From contig CM059435.1 of assembly GCA_030390025.1 (NCBI GenBank), positions 88,412,001 through 88,476,000 on the forward strand: 64,000 nt of DNA, read 5' to 3'. This stretch comes from Squalus acanthias (Eukaryota). Below, piece by piece: positions 62,901-64,000 of the stretch; the first letter of the stretch is position 1; every line of letters starts with the position of its first letter. Below the pieces are notes generated by a model. It worked only from the letters and a program-made list of their open reading frames with translations. It made no database searches and had not been told where the DNA came from. The translations under genes were made by a program, and so were the position numbers.

Positions 62901-63803
62901 CCAAACTTGGAGGTGTGGCAAACAGTGAGGAGGATACCAATCGACTGCAACAGGACATAGATAGGCTTGCAGAATGGGCAGACAAGTGGCAGATGGAATT
63001 TAATACAGAGAAGTGTGAGGTGATACATTTTGGCAGAAGGGATAGGAAGAGGCAATATAGACTTAATGGCATAGTTCCAGAGTGTACAGGGACAGAGGGA
63101 CCTGGGGGTTCATGTGCATAGAACTTTTGAAGGTAGCAGGACATATTGAGAGAGTAGTTAGCAAAGCAGATGGGATCTTGGGCTTCATAAATAGAGGTAT
63201 TGAGTATAAAAGCAGGGAAATTACGCTGAACTTTATAAAGCTCTGGTTAGGCCACAACTGGAGTATTGCGTCCAGTTCTGGTCACCACACTTTAGGAAGA
63301 ATGTGAAGGTCCTCGAGAGGGTGCAGTGGAGATTTACCAGAATGGTTCCAGGGATGAGGGATGTAGCTACAAGGTTAGGTTGGAGAAGCTGGGGTTGTTC
63401 TCCTTGGAACAAAGGAGGTTGAGGGGAGATTTGATAGCGGTGTACAAGATTATGACAGGTTTGGATAAGGTAGACAGAAGTAGGCTGTTCCCATTAGCTG
63501 ATGGTACAAGGACTAGGGGTCACAGATTTAAGGTTTTGGGCAAGAGATACAGGGGGGACGTGAGGAAAAACTTTTTTACGCAGTGAGTGGTAATGACCTG
63601 GAACTCGCTGCCGACAAGGGTGGCGGTAACGGAGACGATCAATGATTTCAAAAGGAAATTGGATAGGCACTTGAGGAAAATAAACTTGCAGGGCTACGGG
63701 GATAGAGCGGGGGTATAGGACTGACTGGATTGCTCTACAGAGAGCTGGCATGGACTCGATGGGCCGAATGACGACCTTCTGTGCCGTAATGACTCTGACT
63801 CTA
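59925..63803 (+). mobile_element. Near-full-length CR1 LINE: ORF1 SGNH esterase, ORF2 APE endonuclease and RT, inactivated
   Basis: LSNRY; VVLGDSIVRG..VCCLPG..VVHVGTNDI (ORF1); YINAQS..YDVVAITET, ILGDFNYP, LLDLVL, SDH (endonuclease); KSPGPDG, NYRPVSLTS, FADD (RT); tail tgactctgactct. Several stops and frameshifts. Confidence 0.95.
61848..62089 (-). mobile_element. SacSINE1-like SINE 3' half nested in the CR1
   Basis: Closely matches 3121-3360; the CR1 resumes at cttaatgagtacttt. Confidence 0.9.
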
Positions 63804-63857
63804 GGATAACGGATCAACCCAATCAATTAGCTGGTTTAGAATACAATAAATTTTAGA

Positions 63858-64000
63858 AAACAATATCCTCGCGGGAGCGTTTGCTAGTGCTGTTGGGGGA
63901 GGGTTTAAACTAGCTTGGTAGGAGGATGGGAACTTAAGTATAGAGTCAATAGGGAGGGAAGAAAAACTGGAATTGGAAAACAAAAACGTAGAAAGTAAAT
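63858..64000 (+). mobile_element. Start of another CR1 piece (end of ORF1)
   Basis: caatatcctcgcggg..gtgctgttgggggagggtttaaactag parallels 60509-60551. Confidence 0.7.

Overview
Vertebrate genomic DNA. The repeat content (HE1-type V-SINE, SacSINE1-type DeuSINE, HER1/CR1 LINEs) points to a cartilaginous fish, probably a shark. The window lies inside a large + strand gene: the only host coding sequence I can support is one 198-bp internal exon (47277-47474, AG/GT, phase 2/2) encoding YWTD beta-propeller blades of the Wnt co-receptor LRP6 (LRP5 less likely), equivalent to human exon 3. The rest is intron, dominated by nested transposable elements: many CR1 LINEs (one near full length with esterase ORF1), L2, RTE and CR1-Zenon-like LINEs, three SINE families, a solo LTR, a degenerate two-gene PIF/Harbinger transposon with related MITEs, and several Penelope-like element (PLE) remnants carrying minimal hammerhead-ribozyme motifs. 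I found no convincing new multi-gene system. The best leads are the PLE hammerheads, an unclassified promoter-like element with TATA/hairpin/AATAAA at 10.4-11.4 kb, a palindromic Harbinger target site, inverted LINE pairs bracketing the symmetric exon, and a repeat-free homeodomain-motif-rich candidate enhancer. Family names come from recalled consensus sequences, not searches, and most repeat boundaries are approximate.
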